Source of the DNA: Anaerolineae bacterium
Lineage (GTDB): Bacteria > Chloroflexota > Anaerolineae > B4-G1 > SLSP01
Direction of reading: 5' to 3'
DNA length: 20,564 nt
NCBI GenBank assembly: GCA_016928755.1
Contig: JAFGKB010000065.1
Coordinates: 1-20,564 of the forward strand
The position numbers and the translations under genes are program-made. Below, piece after piece: positions 7,281 to 17,800 of the stretch. Position 1 is the first letter of the stretch. Each line of letters starts with the position of its first letter. A model generated the notes under the pieces. That model saw nothing but the letters and a program-made list of their open reading frames with translations, was not told where the DNA came from and did not search any database.

Positions 7281-7344
7281 TTTCTTTAATCTACTTTAAC
7301 ACAGAAAAGCAAAAAAGGGAACTGTTAATATACCATATCATAAC

Positions 7345-10300
7345 CTATCCCCCTTTTATAATCAAGGGCAGATATACGACATGTGGTATTTGTAATACAT
7401 TCCCAGCAAAGATATTATTGGTCTCGATAGCTTCTTCAATCATACCAAAGGGTTTACCAAAGGGCGGATCCGCACCAAACCAGGTTACATCGGCCTGTCC
7501 ATAAGTGCGATACGTGCCAGCACCGGGGGCATAACCATCACAAGAATATTCTCGCGACTCCCCGGCCTCTAATGACGTTATCCAAGCGATACAGATACTA
7601 CCATAATGATCACCGACACTGGATGGCGGGGTATTACTCCCCTCTTTGAGATAAGCCTCAACAATTGCTATATAACCAGTATCCCCGTTCCAGTTGCGGT
7701 CAACTGCCATATTACCCTGATTTTCAATGGTGATATAAGCCCATAATGGCTCATTAGCAATGGGGGCAGATGGCTCCCAGCGTACATTGGTGATGACCAA
7801 ATCCGGGGCGATAAAGTAATCGTGATCTTCATCCTGATTGTCCGTCATGTCACTTTCTGCACTCTCCTGCCCGGTTACATACCCCATACTGACCGTATTC
7901 AACACCGACCTTACAGTATCCGTGGGAATAGATGAAGCGAGTTGAATACCAAAGGTCACAGAACGCGAAGCCCCTACGGCTAATGGCACGTTATCAACAA
8001 AGACAAAAACACCATCAGACACCTCTGTCCAGTCCTCCCATGCCAGCGGTGTGACATAGAGACGCGGGGTTATCGTATCGGTAAGTACCACACTCTCCAA
8101 CGGCAAATCAGAGGCTGAAGTATTGGTATACCGGATTGTGTAGTTCAAGGTCATACCAGGGTCTAACCACACCACACCGTCATCTTTGGATACCTGGACT
8201 TCCACTTTAGAGAGTCCGGAAACATCAACACAGGCCGTCTCTTCAACCGGCGATTGTCCTGTTACCGCCACCGTATTGCAATAATCAGCACCATCCGGGG
8301 CCAAGCGGTCCACTTTCGCGCGGAACGTCAAGGTGCGGGATTCTTCGGCTCCGATATTAAACGGCTTCCAGACCACAACCTGCCGGTCACCGGACATAAA
8401 CGGGGTTTCCACATCAGAGGTAGGGGCGATAAAAGTGAAGTTTACCGGCAGCGTATCTGTCACACGCACATTTGAATAAGAGACGGAATCATTGTTTACC
8501 AGTTGGATAGAATACACAACCTCCTCACCGGCAGTAACATGGGTAGGCGTGACCGACTTACTGACCTGAATACCCGATACTTCCAAGGCATCTATATCCT
8601 GGTCACTGTTGTTAGAGGGGTCAACATCCACCGCGTTATCCAGGGTGATGAAACCAACATCAACCTGATTGATGATAGAACCCACCCCAGGTATTGATGG
8701 ATCAATACGCACCGGGAATTTCACAAAATCCGCTTTGCCGGCAGCCAAGGGAGTAGGATAAGCGATCACCCGCCGGTAACGTCCGGTGCCGATCTCCTGC
8801 CAGGCAGAGTCTAAAACCTGGACATAACGACCGGGATCAACCGTCTCGGTCAAGATAACACTCTGTAAACCGGAGCCACCGGCATAAGCATTCGTGTAAT
8901 GAATCGTATAGGTAATCCATTGACCGGGACTAACCAGGGTCTCGCCATCATCCTTACTCACCTGCACGTCAACTTTAGGCGTGGGCAAGACATCCACCGG
9001 AGCCAGCCCGCCGTGAAGTGGCATATCAAATTCCCCGACTTTCACCTGGACCTTATTAAGCCGGACCCCAGACGTTGCAAAAGGTGAGACCTGTGCCCGG
9101 AAGACAAGTTGAACGGTCTTGCCCGGTTCTAAAAGTACTGCGGGCCAAGCAACACCACCGGGGAATGCTGCACCACCGGGCGGCGAGAGCACCTTATCCA
9201 AAGAAATATCACTGGGTAACGTATCGGTTACCCGGACGGTGTAGTTGTCCATTATACCATCCATTAAACGCAGCGAGATAGTATAGACAACCTGATCCCC
9301 GGCACGTACCCGGTCCGGGGAAACGGTCTTGGTCACCGTCACAATCTCCCGGCCACTGATAAGGTCAACATCCTCAGCCGTATTATCACTATGCGATGCT
9401 TCTACAGCATCCTCGGCTAGAGTATAACCAATCTCGACCTTGTTACGAATGCCCAGGTAATCCATAGGAATACTTTCATCAAGCTGTATCTGGAACACGG
9501 TGCTGCCGGAATCACCGGCGACCAAAGGTGTGGTAATCGTGCGCGTATAGCGACCACCGCCTAGGGAATGCCATGCACTTTCCGGGGAGAGCACCGTGAG
9601 ATAATCAGCCGGGAATATGGTTTCGGTCAAAATGATGGTCTCAAAGGTCTTGGCCTCAAGAGATGCATTCGTGTAGTAAATCGTATACTCAAGGGCTTCA
9701 CCCTCAGAAACCCAATCCAGACCATTGCTCTTGGACACCTGAGCGTCAACCCGAGGTAACTCGGTGACTTCAACCCGGGCCAGGTTTTCAACAGGCGGCA
9801 ACACCACCTCGCCCATCTCAACCTGAACACTGTTAAAGTAATTACCACTGGCAATTTCACGATTGGAATGCGCCTTAAATAAAAGCTCTATCGTATCACC
9901 GGCCTGACCTTTAGGGCTAATTGACATCCCCTCACCCTCCCAGACCACAAGTTGTTGACCATCACGTTCCACAACAGAGCCGGGGAAAGGAGCACTAAGC
10001 CCCCCCACCAACGTGAAACCGGCAGGTAAGGTATCGGTCACAATCAAAGGATAGGTGGTATCGGTGTCATTTTCCAGAGTGATCCGGTAGATCACATCCT
10101 CACCGGCCATCACAGCTTGTGGGTCAACAGTCTTCGCCACTTCCACCTTCGGACGGCCCCGCACATTGACCGGGGCTGTGAAATCTGTAGCCGAAAGCTC
10201 TATCAGCCCCTGGCCCTCTTTCTCAGCCTGGCCGGCCAACTGACTCGGATACTCCCCACTGAACATATTCGCATCACTCTGCACCTTATACGTGATCAAA

Positions 10301-13300
10301 TAGCTAGCACCATCATCAATAGGGCCGGGGACCTCCCAGACAAGGTCGTTCGACTCGCCTGCCGGCGTTAGCCCTGCCGGTTGGCTAGTACTGACAAAGG
10401 AGAACCCGTTAGGAATGGTGTCCGTGAATACCAGATTAGATAATTCAGCCCCAGAACCATTATAAAGAGTAAGCGTGTAGGTCGTAGCCTCACCGGCATT
10501 AATGTATTCCGGGTCTACCACTTTAAAGAAACCAATACCCGGCACGACTTCCACCTTAGCGTCGTCGGTGTAGTTCTTGCTGTAATTAACATTCATCGTC
10601 GCCGAGGCTTCCCACGAATTCAAAGCATTCAAACTCAGCCAACCATGAGCACGCGCCGTGAAGACAATCTCAACTTGCTCTAGTGGCGATATAACATCGA
10701 ATTCCCATACAAGCGGGGATTCGCTCACCGGCTCGGGACCATCAATAACCCGCAGGTATTCCCAGGCCAAAACATTCCCGCCACCGGCATCTTTCTGAGG
10801 CAAAATATCGGTATATACAACATTGTAAGCCGGTGCCCCGGTGAGATTTGCCAGTTCTAAAGTATATTGCACCTCGCCAAATGGGCCTACACGTTGCGGG
10901 TCTGCCGGTTTGGAAACTTCAATCCCTTGATTCAAGACCAGGGGTTCAACCTTTTCATCACACGTCACCGGCAACTCGTCGGTAACGACGAATTTAGTAA
11001 CCTTGGGGATACATATCGTCTCGACATCATCCAGCGCCACAACCTGCGCGATAAATTCTTTCGAATAGGTCTCTTTATCGCCGGGTTTATCATAAGTAGG
11101 GGCCTGGAGCGTCAATGTAAAGGCCAAGGTCTCGCCGGGCGGGATCTCTAACCCCTCCCACATATAATAGATGCCATTTTCTGGGTTATCACTAGTGGTA
11201 TCCGGAGGCGGTTCACTGGAGAGAATCTCAAATGGCCCGGCATCCCCTTTCGCTTGGGCCGGGAACCACTGTAGGTCAACACCGGTAACACCGGCGTCAG
11301 GTTCAAAGCGATTATTACGTAACGACACTACAATTGAGAACACCTCACCTACGGCAACCGGATTGGGATAGGACTTTTGGAACAAAGACACATGGGGGAA
11401 CACACAAACAGGGGCCAGCTTAGTATTATAGGCACCACTCCCCCATACCCCGTTATCCAGCATCCCCAGTATATCACTGCCCCTTTGCTCAATCACACCA
11501 TCATCAGGCTCGGCCAGCATATCACACCATGTATGACCTAGCCCATATCCCGACATCGTTACCGGGAATGTATGGGTCCAAGAAGTCGCCCGGTTAGGCT
11601 CCAAACGGAATGGGGTGGGCAGTGTATATTCATACATGGTATCACCATCAGCCGGGTCTTTGAGACCCTTATAAGTATTGGAGGCCGAATCCGGTTTGTC
11701 CAATAAATCGGCAAATGCAGTCAAGGTAAACGGCAAACTGGGTGAAATATTATTTAACCATACCGTATATGTAACCATATCTCCCTGCACTACCTGTTCC
11801 GGCACCACCTTTTTATCATAGCCAATGGGAGGTGTAATATTAATCTTGACATTATTCGTACAAACAGAAGTCGCAGCATGGTAACCGTAGACATAGTTGG
11901 GAATTTGCTTGCCTGACATACCGGCGCGCACAAGGAAAGAGAACTCCACGTGCCCCCCTGGTGACAAAGTAGTAGAGAGCACATCATCCCAACGCAGGAA
12001 TGTCCCGGTTATCAAATTTCCACTCACAACAGGCTCCCCAGGGAAGCTAGATACCATCGCTTCATACTGAAAGAAGGCAGACAAAGCATCGGTTATCACC
12101 AAGGGAGGGTTGATAGGGGTATTCCCCTCATTATCAATTGAAATCGTATAAGTAATCAACTCGCCAAATATCTGCGTAGAAGGCTGAACCGTCTTCTTAA
12201 CCATAAGTTGCGGTGCAACATCAATAGGAGCCAATTCATTATCATCGTGCCCATCATAATAGGGCACAGGGAATTGTGGAGAATATGCAATCACCGAATT
12301 GGGGTACTCAAGAGGCTTACAACGGTCTTCGACCGGAGTCTGTGACGAAATAAAGACCTGGAAAACAGTGCTTATACTCTCATAAGCCCCCACAGGAATG
12401 CTTGACCATTGTACCAAGGTCCCGGTGATTTTTGTAGGAGTCAATATATCACCGGTCACCGGCCCAACATATGAAAAATGCAGGGGCAAGTGGTCCTCAA
12501 TAGTCACAATAGTGGTCTGGGATAAAGGATTATAATAAGTTAAGGTATAAGTAATCATACGATTAGGATAGGAAACATAGGGGTCTACAGGGGGTGATTC
12601 TGTTTGCACGGCTTTATCAACAGGACTTAAAATCTTCACATCATGGTCTTTGGCAAGTGTAGCCGGACGGAACATAACACCATCACAACTAACCCTGACA
12701 TTTTCTGCATCATTCTTCAGTTCGCCCCGTGTCTTAGGATTGTAAATTATATCTACCGGAACCCGTCCCACAAATGTGACGGTTAAAGTCTCCCCGGTCC
12801 CTAAAGTATAAGTACTGGGGAGGGTCCACTGAATTTCATAGGTAGCGGGTGTGTAAACCACCGACACATCGAGATTCGGATGGTCGCTATCATAAGCACC
12901 TGAAGAATCAGGGATATACTCCAGTACGCCATCGTAACCATCCGGCAGCGTATCTTTAACCACCACATGCCTGGCCGGCCAGACATCAGGACGGTCGGCC
13001 TCTTCCTGGGAAAGATTATCAATGACAATCGTATAAGTCACTAAACGCCCCACCCGGCACTGTTCATCCCCGGCACTCTCACCGAAGGCCTTCTTGGTGA
13101 CCTCCAATAACGGGGCTACAATCTGCGCGGAAAGCGGCTCAGAGGAAACGCTCTGTTGACCCCCTAAAGCAACACTTACAGAATTATCAACCGTGGAAGG
13201 GCCGATCTCTTTGTAAGAAAAACTAAAAGGATAATTATCATAACTTTTCAGAGAGGGTTGCACCGTTATCGGAACACGGAGCCAGAATTCAATCTCGACA

Positions 13301-13782
13301 CTTTGGCCTGCCGGCAATGTCTTGAGCCACCATGTAGCCTCGCCGTTGTAACCTACTTCGTCAACCGTTTGGATGGCTTGGGAGATCAGATTGCTAGGTT
13401 CTGCCACAAAACCCTCAAAAGCCGGCAAAACGCCATAGCCCCACAATTTATCATCAATCTCCGGCGTCAGATTTGTGACCCAGGTATCAAAGACTACTAC
13501 ACCATCCAGGTCTCCCCCGCTGGTATTGGTCACTAGCAGGGTATAGGTGAGGCGGTCTCCGGCAAACACCGAATCCTCCCCTTTTAAGCTTACTGCAACA
13601 GCATCCAATGGCGCAGCCGGCCCGCGCTCGGCTTGAGATACAGCCGCACTCAAGGGCCATGCCCCGGTAGCAAAACCATCCAAGGTTGCCAAACACATCC
13701 CGAGGGTCCCCACAGCTATTATAAAAGCGAACACCAACCGCCAGGATTGATGCATACCTTGAAACCTACTGAAGTGTTCCAT
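7345..13782 (-). CDS. Giant secreted cell-surface protein of 2145 aa with multiple DUF11 ('conserved repeat domain') modules and a C-terminal CARDB-like domain.
   Basis: An N-terminal signal/TM segment 'WRLVFAFIIAVGTLGMCLATLDGFA' is present. At least ten repeats show the DUF11 signature, a [LIV]xYT[IL]x[LIV]xNxx run followed about 10 residues later by VTDT[LI]P. Examples are 'VIYRITLENDTDTTYPLIVTDTLPAGFTLV', 'VVYSIQLVNNDSVSYSNVRVTDTLPVNFTFI', 'TTYTLTLYNGSGAELSNLVFTDTIPNGFSFV' and 'LNYTIRYTNTSASDLPLESVVLTDTITP'. The C-terminal 'LVITNVRWEPSAPIANEPLWAYITIENQGNMAV' is CARDB-like. RBS GGGGGAG lies 9 nt upstream of the ATG. Confidence 0.85.
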   Translation of the reverse strand: MEHFSRFQGMHQSWRLVFAFIIAVGTLGMCLATLDGFATGAWPLSAAVSQAERGPAAPLDAVAVSLKGEDSVFAGDRLTYTLLVTNTSGGDLDGVVVFDTWVTNLTPEIDDKLWGYGVLPAFEGFVAEPSNLISQAIQTVDEVGYNGEATWWLKTLPAGQSVEIEFWLRVPITVQPSLKSYDNYPFSFSYKEIGPSTVDNSVSVALGGQQSVSSEPLSAQIVAPLLEVTKKAFGESAGDEQCRVGRLVTYTIVIDNLSQEEADRPDVWPARHVVVKDTLPDGYDGVLEYIPDSSGAYDSDHPNLDVSVVYTPATYEIQWTLPSTYTLGTGETLTVTFVGRVPVDIIYNPKTRGELKNDAENVRVSCDGVMFRPATLAKDHDVKILSPVDKAVQTESPPVDPYVSYPNRMITYTLTYYNPLSQTTIVTIEDHLPLHFSYVGPVTGDILTPTKITGTLVQWSSIPVGAYESISTVFQVFISSQTPVEDRCKPLEYPNSVIAYSPQFPVPYYDGHDDNELAPIDVAPQLMVKKTVQPSTQIFGELITYTISIDNEGNTPINPPLVITDALSAFFQYEAMVSSFPGEPVVSGNLITGTFLRWDDVLSTTLSPGGHVEFSFLVRAGMSGKQIPNYVYGYHAATSVCTNNVKINITPPIGYDKKVVPEQVVQGDMVTYTVWLNNISPSLPFTLTAFADLLDKPDSASNTYKGLKDPADGDTMYEYTLPTPFRLEPNRATSWTHTFPVTMSGYGLGHTWCDMLAEPDDGVIEQRGSDILGMLDNGVWGSGAYNTKLAPVCVFPHVSLFQKSYPNPVAVGEVFSIVVSLRNNRFEPDAGVTGVDLQWFPAQAKGDAGPFEILSSEPPPDTTSDNPENGIYYMWEGLEIPPGETLAFTLTLQAPTYDKPGDKETYSKEFIAQVVALDDVETICIPKVTKFVVTDELPVTCDEKVEPLVLNQGIEVSKPADPQRVGPFGEVQYTLELANLTGAPAYNVVYTDILPQKDAGGGNVLAWEYLRVIDGPEPVSESPLVWEFDVISPLEQVEIVFTARAHGWLSLNALNSWEASATMNVNYSKNYTDDAKVEVVPGIGFFKVVDPEYINAGEATTYTLTLYNGSGAELSNLVFTDTIPNGFSFVSTSQPAGLTPAGESNDLVWEVPGPIDDGASYLITYKVQSDANMFSGEYPSQLAGQAEKEGQGLIELSATDFTAPVNVRGRPKVEVAKTVDPQAVMAGEDVIYRITLENDTDTTYPLIVTDTLPAGFTLVGGLSAPFPGSVVERDGQQLVVWEGEGMSISPKGQAGDTIELLFKAHSNREIASGNYFNSVQVEMGEVVLPPVENLARVEVTELPRVDAQVSKSNGLDWVSEGEALEYTIYYTNASLEAKTFETIILTETIFPADYLTVLSPESAWHSLGGGRYTRTITTPLVAGDSGSTVFQIQLDESIPMDYLGIRNKVEIGYTLAEDAVEASHSDNTAEDVDLISGREIVTVTKTVSPDRVRAGDQVVYTISLRLMDGIMDNYTVRVTDTLPSDISLDKVLSPPGGAAFPGGVAWPAVLLEPGKTVQLVFRAQVSPFATSGVRLNKVQVKVGEFDMPLHGGLAPVDVLPTPKVDVQVSKDDGETLVSPGQWITYTIHYTNAYAGGSGLQSVILTETVDPGRYVQVLDSAWQEIGTGRYRRVIAYPTPLAAGKADFVKFPVRIDPSIPGVGSIINQVDVGFITLDNAVDVDPSNNSDQDIDALEVSGIQVSKSVTPTHVTAGEEVVYSIQLVNNDSVSYSNVRVTDTLPVNFTFIAPTSDVETPFMSGDRQVVVWKPFNIGAEESRTLTFRAKVDRLAPDGADYCNTVAVTGQSPVEETACVDVSGLSKVEVQVSKDDGVVWLDPGMTLNYTIRYTNTSASDLPLESVVLTDTITPRLYVTPLAWEDWTEVSDGVFVFVDNVPLAVGASRSVTFGIQLASSIPTDTVRSVLNTVSMGYVTGQESAESDMTDNQDEDHDYFIAPDLVITNVRWEPSAPIANEPLWAYITIENQGNMAVDRNWNGDTGYIAIVEAYLKEGSNTPPSSVGDHYGSICIAWITSLEAGESREYSCDGYAPGAGTYRTYGQADVTWFGADPPFGKPFGMIEEAIETNNIFAGNVLQIPHVVYLPLIIKGG

Positions 13783-13814
13783 TTATGCTCCCCCACTATT
13801 TTAAATGATAACCC

Positions 13815-13841
13815 CCGCACCGGCCTATAAAACCGGTGCGG
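13815..13841. terminator. GC-rich hairpin with a perfect 9-bp stem (CCGCACCGG / CCGGTGCGG) and a 9-nt loop, lying between the LPXTG gene and the giant DUF11 gene. It may be a terminator or attenuator.
   Basis: The inverted repeat 13815-13823 / 13833-13841 was read directly. On the plus strand it is followed by the T-rich run 'TTCCTATTT'. On the minus strand, which is the one transcribed here, it is followed by 'GGGGTTATCATTT'. It is the only strong secondary structure in the 101-bp spacer. Confidence 0.35.
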
Positions 13842-13883
13842 TTCCTATTTACACAACAAAAGGGCGCCACCAATTGTCAATAC

Positions 13884-14768
13884 CTAATGTAATGGTCCCT
13901 GTCCCGATTCCTGCCGGCGACGCACCCAAGCCACCCCGATCATAACCATAGCTAGACCAATACCCAAAGCCGCAAATCCCAAACCCAATCCGGTCTTAGG
14001 TAAAATACCGGTTTGCTCGGCACCGGTATCTGAGGCACCCTCCACAGCACCACCTGCTCCCATCTGACTTGCGCCAACTCCGGAGGCGGCACCGGTGTCT
14101 GCAGCGGCGGCACCGGTGGCCGTAGCACTTGCCCCAACATCGCTTGTGCCAGAGCCATCAACCGGCGTGGAAGTGGGAGCAATCACACCACCATCACCGC
14201 GTGTTGGTGTAGCAGGTGGACCGGGCAACGGTGGAGATGTAGGCTGTGGTTGGTCCGGGTCATCCGGTTCATCTGGCTCAGTCGTCGGGGGCGGCGGAGT
14301 CTCGCTTGTTGGGGGCGGCGTAGTTGGCGGCGCTGTTGTCGGGGGTGGTGTCGTTGGTGGTGCAGTTGTTGGCGGAGGCGTTGTCGGCGGTGCCGTTGTC
14401 GGTGGTGGCGTAGTGGGCGGTGCCGTTGTCGGTGGTGGCGTAGTGGGCGGCGCAGTGGTTGGTGGCGGCGTGGTTGGCGGCGGTGTAGTCGGAGGGGGTG
14501 TAGTGGGTGGTGCTGTGGTTGGCGGAGGCGTTGTCGGAGGCGCAGTTGTAGGTGGTGGCGTAGTTGGTGGAGCAGTTGTCGGCGGAGGCGTAGTCGGCGG
14601 AGGCGTAGTTGGTGGAGCAGTTGTTGGCGGGGGCGTAGTCGGAGGCGGTGTCGTCGGTTCTTGAGCGAAAACCTGGGGAACCGGCAACGCTCTTGTCCAT
14701 GCACCTAATGCCAATATAAACACTACCAGCAACGTAATCGTAATCCCAAGTAAACGTCGTATATTCAT
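13884..14768 (-). CDS. Sortase-anchored (LPKTG) Pro/Thr-rich repeat stalk protein with no globular domain.
   Basis: The 294-aa ORF has a signal peptide 'LLGITITLLVVFILALGAWT'. About 135 residues are (PTTPP/PTTAP)n repeats. A Gly/Ala/Ser/Thr-rich segment follows, then 'LPKTG', then the hydrophobic 'LGLGFAALGIGLAMVMIGVAWV', then 'RRRQ'. This last arrangement is the canonical LPXTG cell-wall sorting signal. RBS GGGAGGG lies 8 nt upstream. Confidence 0.8.
   Translation of the reverse strand: MNIRRLLGITITLLVVFILALGAWTRALPVPQVFAQEPTTPPPTTPPPTTAPPTTPPPTTPPPTTAPPTTPPPTTAPPTTPPPTTAPPTTPPPTTPPPTTPPPTTAPPTTPPPTTAPPTTPPPTTAPPTTPPPTTAPPTTPPPTTAPPTTPPPTSETPPPPTTEPDEPDDPDQPQPTSPPLPGPPATPTRGDGGVIAPTSTPVDGSGTSDVGASATATGAAAADTGAASGVGASQMGAGGAVEGASDTGAEQTGILPKTGLGLGFAALGIGLAMVMIGVAWVRRRQESGQGPLH
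14306..14655 (-). repeat. In-frame tandem repeat with a 15-nt unit (GGNGGNGGNGTNGTN on the plus strand) and a 30-nt super-period. It encodes (PTTPP/PTTAP)n.
   Basis: The near-identical units 'ggtggtggcgtagtgggcggtgccgttgtc' occur at 14401-14430 and 14431-14460 and continue on either side. The degenerate copies differ mainly at third codon positions and at the Pro/Ala codon. Confidence 0.85.
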
Positions 14769-14810
14769 TTTTCTACACCCTCCCTTACAACCGAGGAACC
14801 TTGATTATAT

Positions 14811-17800
14811 TTAAAAACGTATCACAACCGGCAGATAAATAGTTGAGATTAAGTATTGCTCGCAACCCATAAACTCCTCACTGCCATTATACCCACACAC
14901 TCGCCACGTGAAGGGGCCGGCAACCACGGCTTTAGGCTTAGATTCAGGCACATACATAGTGTTGTTAATCTCTTTGTAAAGCTGGTAATTAACCGAGAAG
15001 TTGTTATCCGAAGCCACTTCCAAATTATAGTAGGAGGCACCCGGTAAAACCGACCACCGGAAATAAGCGGTATCGGTAAACGAATCGGTACGCAACGGGA
15101 AGACTAAGCTTGGAACATCCGAACCTTTGGTAAAACGCCCCTCAGCATAATTATCCTGGCTCATATTTCCTGTGTCTGTGCCATCATACATGCGCACCCG
15201 CCAGACATAGTCACCATTAGGGATTGCGTCCTCAGGTACAAAAATATTATTCACCATCTCATCTTCACTGAAACTATACCCGCCCCCTTCTAGCTCAAAG
15301 TGGTACCGGGCAGCCCCTTGAACAGGAGACCAACTAAAAGTCGGGGTGCTCTTCACAAATTCGCCAGTAGACGGTGATAAATTGGTAGGAACCTGGGCAC
15401 GCTTGCTAAAACGAATCGCACGACTCCAATTAGATTCCAGTATATTCTTACTCCAACTAGATGTAATAGCCCAGGGATCAGGATACCGGCTCTGCAGACG
15501 CCAGAAGTAAACGTTATCCGCATAAACATCAGCTGTCAAATAATAAGGATTAGAATCCGAGAAGGACATAATCAATGGGATTTGACCATTAGGCTCCTCC
15601 CCCTCCTCAATTTGCGAAAAGGTATCATCAGTGCTGCTTTGGTAACGCACATTACGGATATCTTCCATTGTGTGCCAGGTCATCAATGGCATGCGAGGAT
15701 AAATAACTGTACGATCTTCCAAAAGGTGCATATTAGGCGGTGTCCGGGGTGTAGGGGCAGAGGTGACGGCAACATACCCGCGGTCCACCGTATCTATAAT
15801 CGTATCACTTGAAGCATCCACAGAAACCAGGTGGGCATTCACCGTAGCCGGGCTGCCAATCGCAGTCTGGGGTACGGCCAGCATCACAAAACCGGCGGTA
15901 TCACTGTAAATCTGGGTGGTGGTAAACACAGCATAACCAAGTTTATCTAAAAGTGATGCATAATCCCAATTTGCACCCAACTTGGAAAACAACGTCACAG
16001 TGGGCATGCCACTGGCGCCGAACATATCCCACTGTAAAACATTCTCAGGGCGATAAGGATCTCCCGTATCAGGTAAAGCGTTTCCATCAGGATAAGGCGA
16101 ACTATCCATACCGCTATTATGTGCCCCATCCGTATCCAGATAAAGCTGAAACCGCACGGGACTACCGCTTTGCCGGATGGCCCAACCAAAATACCAATAG
16201 CTGTTGTCCATCGCAGTATACAACGCGGTCAAATCATAGCCATTATGTCCAGAATGGTCCCCTAATAAGTCAGCAGTTAATAACGCCTCCTGGCTAAACG
16301 GCTGATTTAACTTCTGTTCCGCATCACTATAAATAGGTTCCGGCGAGAATTGGCGTACCAGGGAGAAATAATACGACCAACTCCACCCATCCCCGCTTCC
16401 CATCGGTTCATTAATACTGTTAAGCGCGCGTACCCGCCAGTAGTAAGTATCAGGGGGATAACGCTTAACAGGAGTATAGTTAGTTAACTCAGTAGCGGTT
16501 GTCTCAACTACAGAATCTCCAAAATCTGAAGACGTAGCGATCTGTACCTCATAATGATCTACGCCGTTAACCGGCACCCATTCCAGGTGGGGGAAGTGTT
16601 CCAATATCTGTTGGCCGTAAATCAAACCATCGCCCTCCTGTTGGCAGGTCGGCTGAACTAATCCAGGCGGCGCAACAGTAGGCGTATAAACATAACGGTT
16701 CTGGTCAATACGGGTCTGCCAAATCTGGCTCCAGGCCCCGTCCCCGGCATTCACCCGCCAATAGTAGATACCCGGATCACTAAAAGGTTCCAGTGAGGTC
16801 GGTGTCGCGCTGAGATTCTCGGTGGTCAACTCCCAGGCAACCGGGGAGAAAAATTTATTATCCGCAACCTGCACAGTATACGTCATCGCTCCCTGGATCT
16901 GGTTCCACATAAAGGTCGGTATTGCTGCAGTTCGGTCTTCCCACCTTAACGTGGTCGGCAAGACAACCGATTGCCCCGGTTCAAGATTGCTATACAGCGG
17001 ATCATAGTAGAATTCGGGATACAACAGATCAGGGGCTACGGCATAAGGGATTCCGGGATAAGAAGGATGGGTCGCTTTCTCCGGGCGGAAAGAGGCACTG
17101 GCATTGGGGGATTCATTATTCCATTCACCGGCTACCTCATAATAGTTAACGGCACGCACCCGCCAGAAGATCTGATTTAAACTTGTAAGATAGTCCCAAT
17201 CACCATCTGATTTCAACTCTTTAACAAGAAAACCAGTATTAATTATATCATCAAAAAAGCCTAAAACATTGGAACTAGGATCCTGTTGGAATGATGAAGT
17301 CTGGTTCATTTCCAACACATAATAGGCAACACCCTCAACCGGGGTCCAGCTAAAATAAGCACTGTTGATATGGTCCTCATTATTCACCGGTGTCAAGGGC
17401 AAAGGACGGCGGTCATTCCCTGCACCTAGCTTACTATCCAGGTTACAGGACCAGCAATAGCTAAATTTACGGCCATTGCCACCATTACTCCAGGGGCCAG
17501 AACGGGTCAGTGCATCCCGCAGATTACTACTATGTACAGCCCGCACCCGCCAATAGATAGTATCATCATTAGGTAATTTATAATCTCGCGCCGCTCCTGT
17601 AGATAGAGCAAAAGCCGTATTCCGGGGTTCATAAGTGTAAGTAAAGCCCGGCCAGCTTGGGTCATCAGGGAAATCAGGGTCAGAGCTGACCTGTAGAATA
17701 TAATATTCCGCGCCATCCACAGCCGTCCATTTTAGAAGTGGCGGCTTATAGAGTACGGCATCCTCTTCTGGCTGAACCAGGTTAGGCGCAATCCCCCAGT

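Noticed and set aside
8254-13830. About fifteen short ORFs on the plus strand, and out-of-frame ones on the minus strand, within the giant DUF11 gene.
   Set aside because: Such ORFs are expected by chance in a 6.4-kb open reading frame, and none has a convincing start context.
14306-14655. A regular tandem repeat of 15/30 nt, considered as a possible CRISPR array.
   Set aside because: The units are contiguous with no unique spacers. They lie in-frame inside a coding gene, and their size is well below that of CRISPR repeats.
14095-14708. Four additional long ORFs on both strands inside the PT-repeat region (14095-14664 +, 14183-14704 -, 14250-14708 +, 14278-14700 -). They encode Gly/Val-rich, Arg/Leu/His-rich, Cys/Arg/Trp-rich and Ala/Asn/Tyr-rich polypeptides.
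   Set aside because: They are artefacts of the stop-free 15-nt repeat, which stays open in every frame. Only the frame ending in LPKTG-TM-RRRQ and beginning with a signal peptide makes biological sense.
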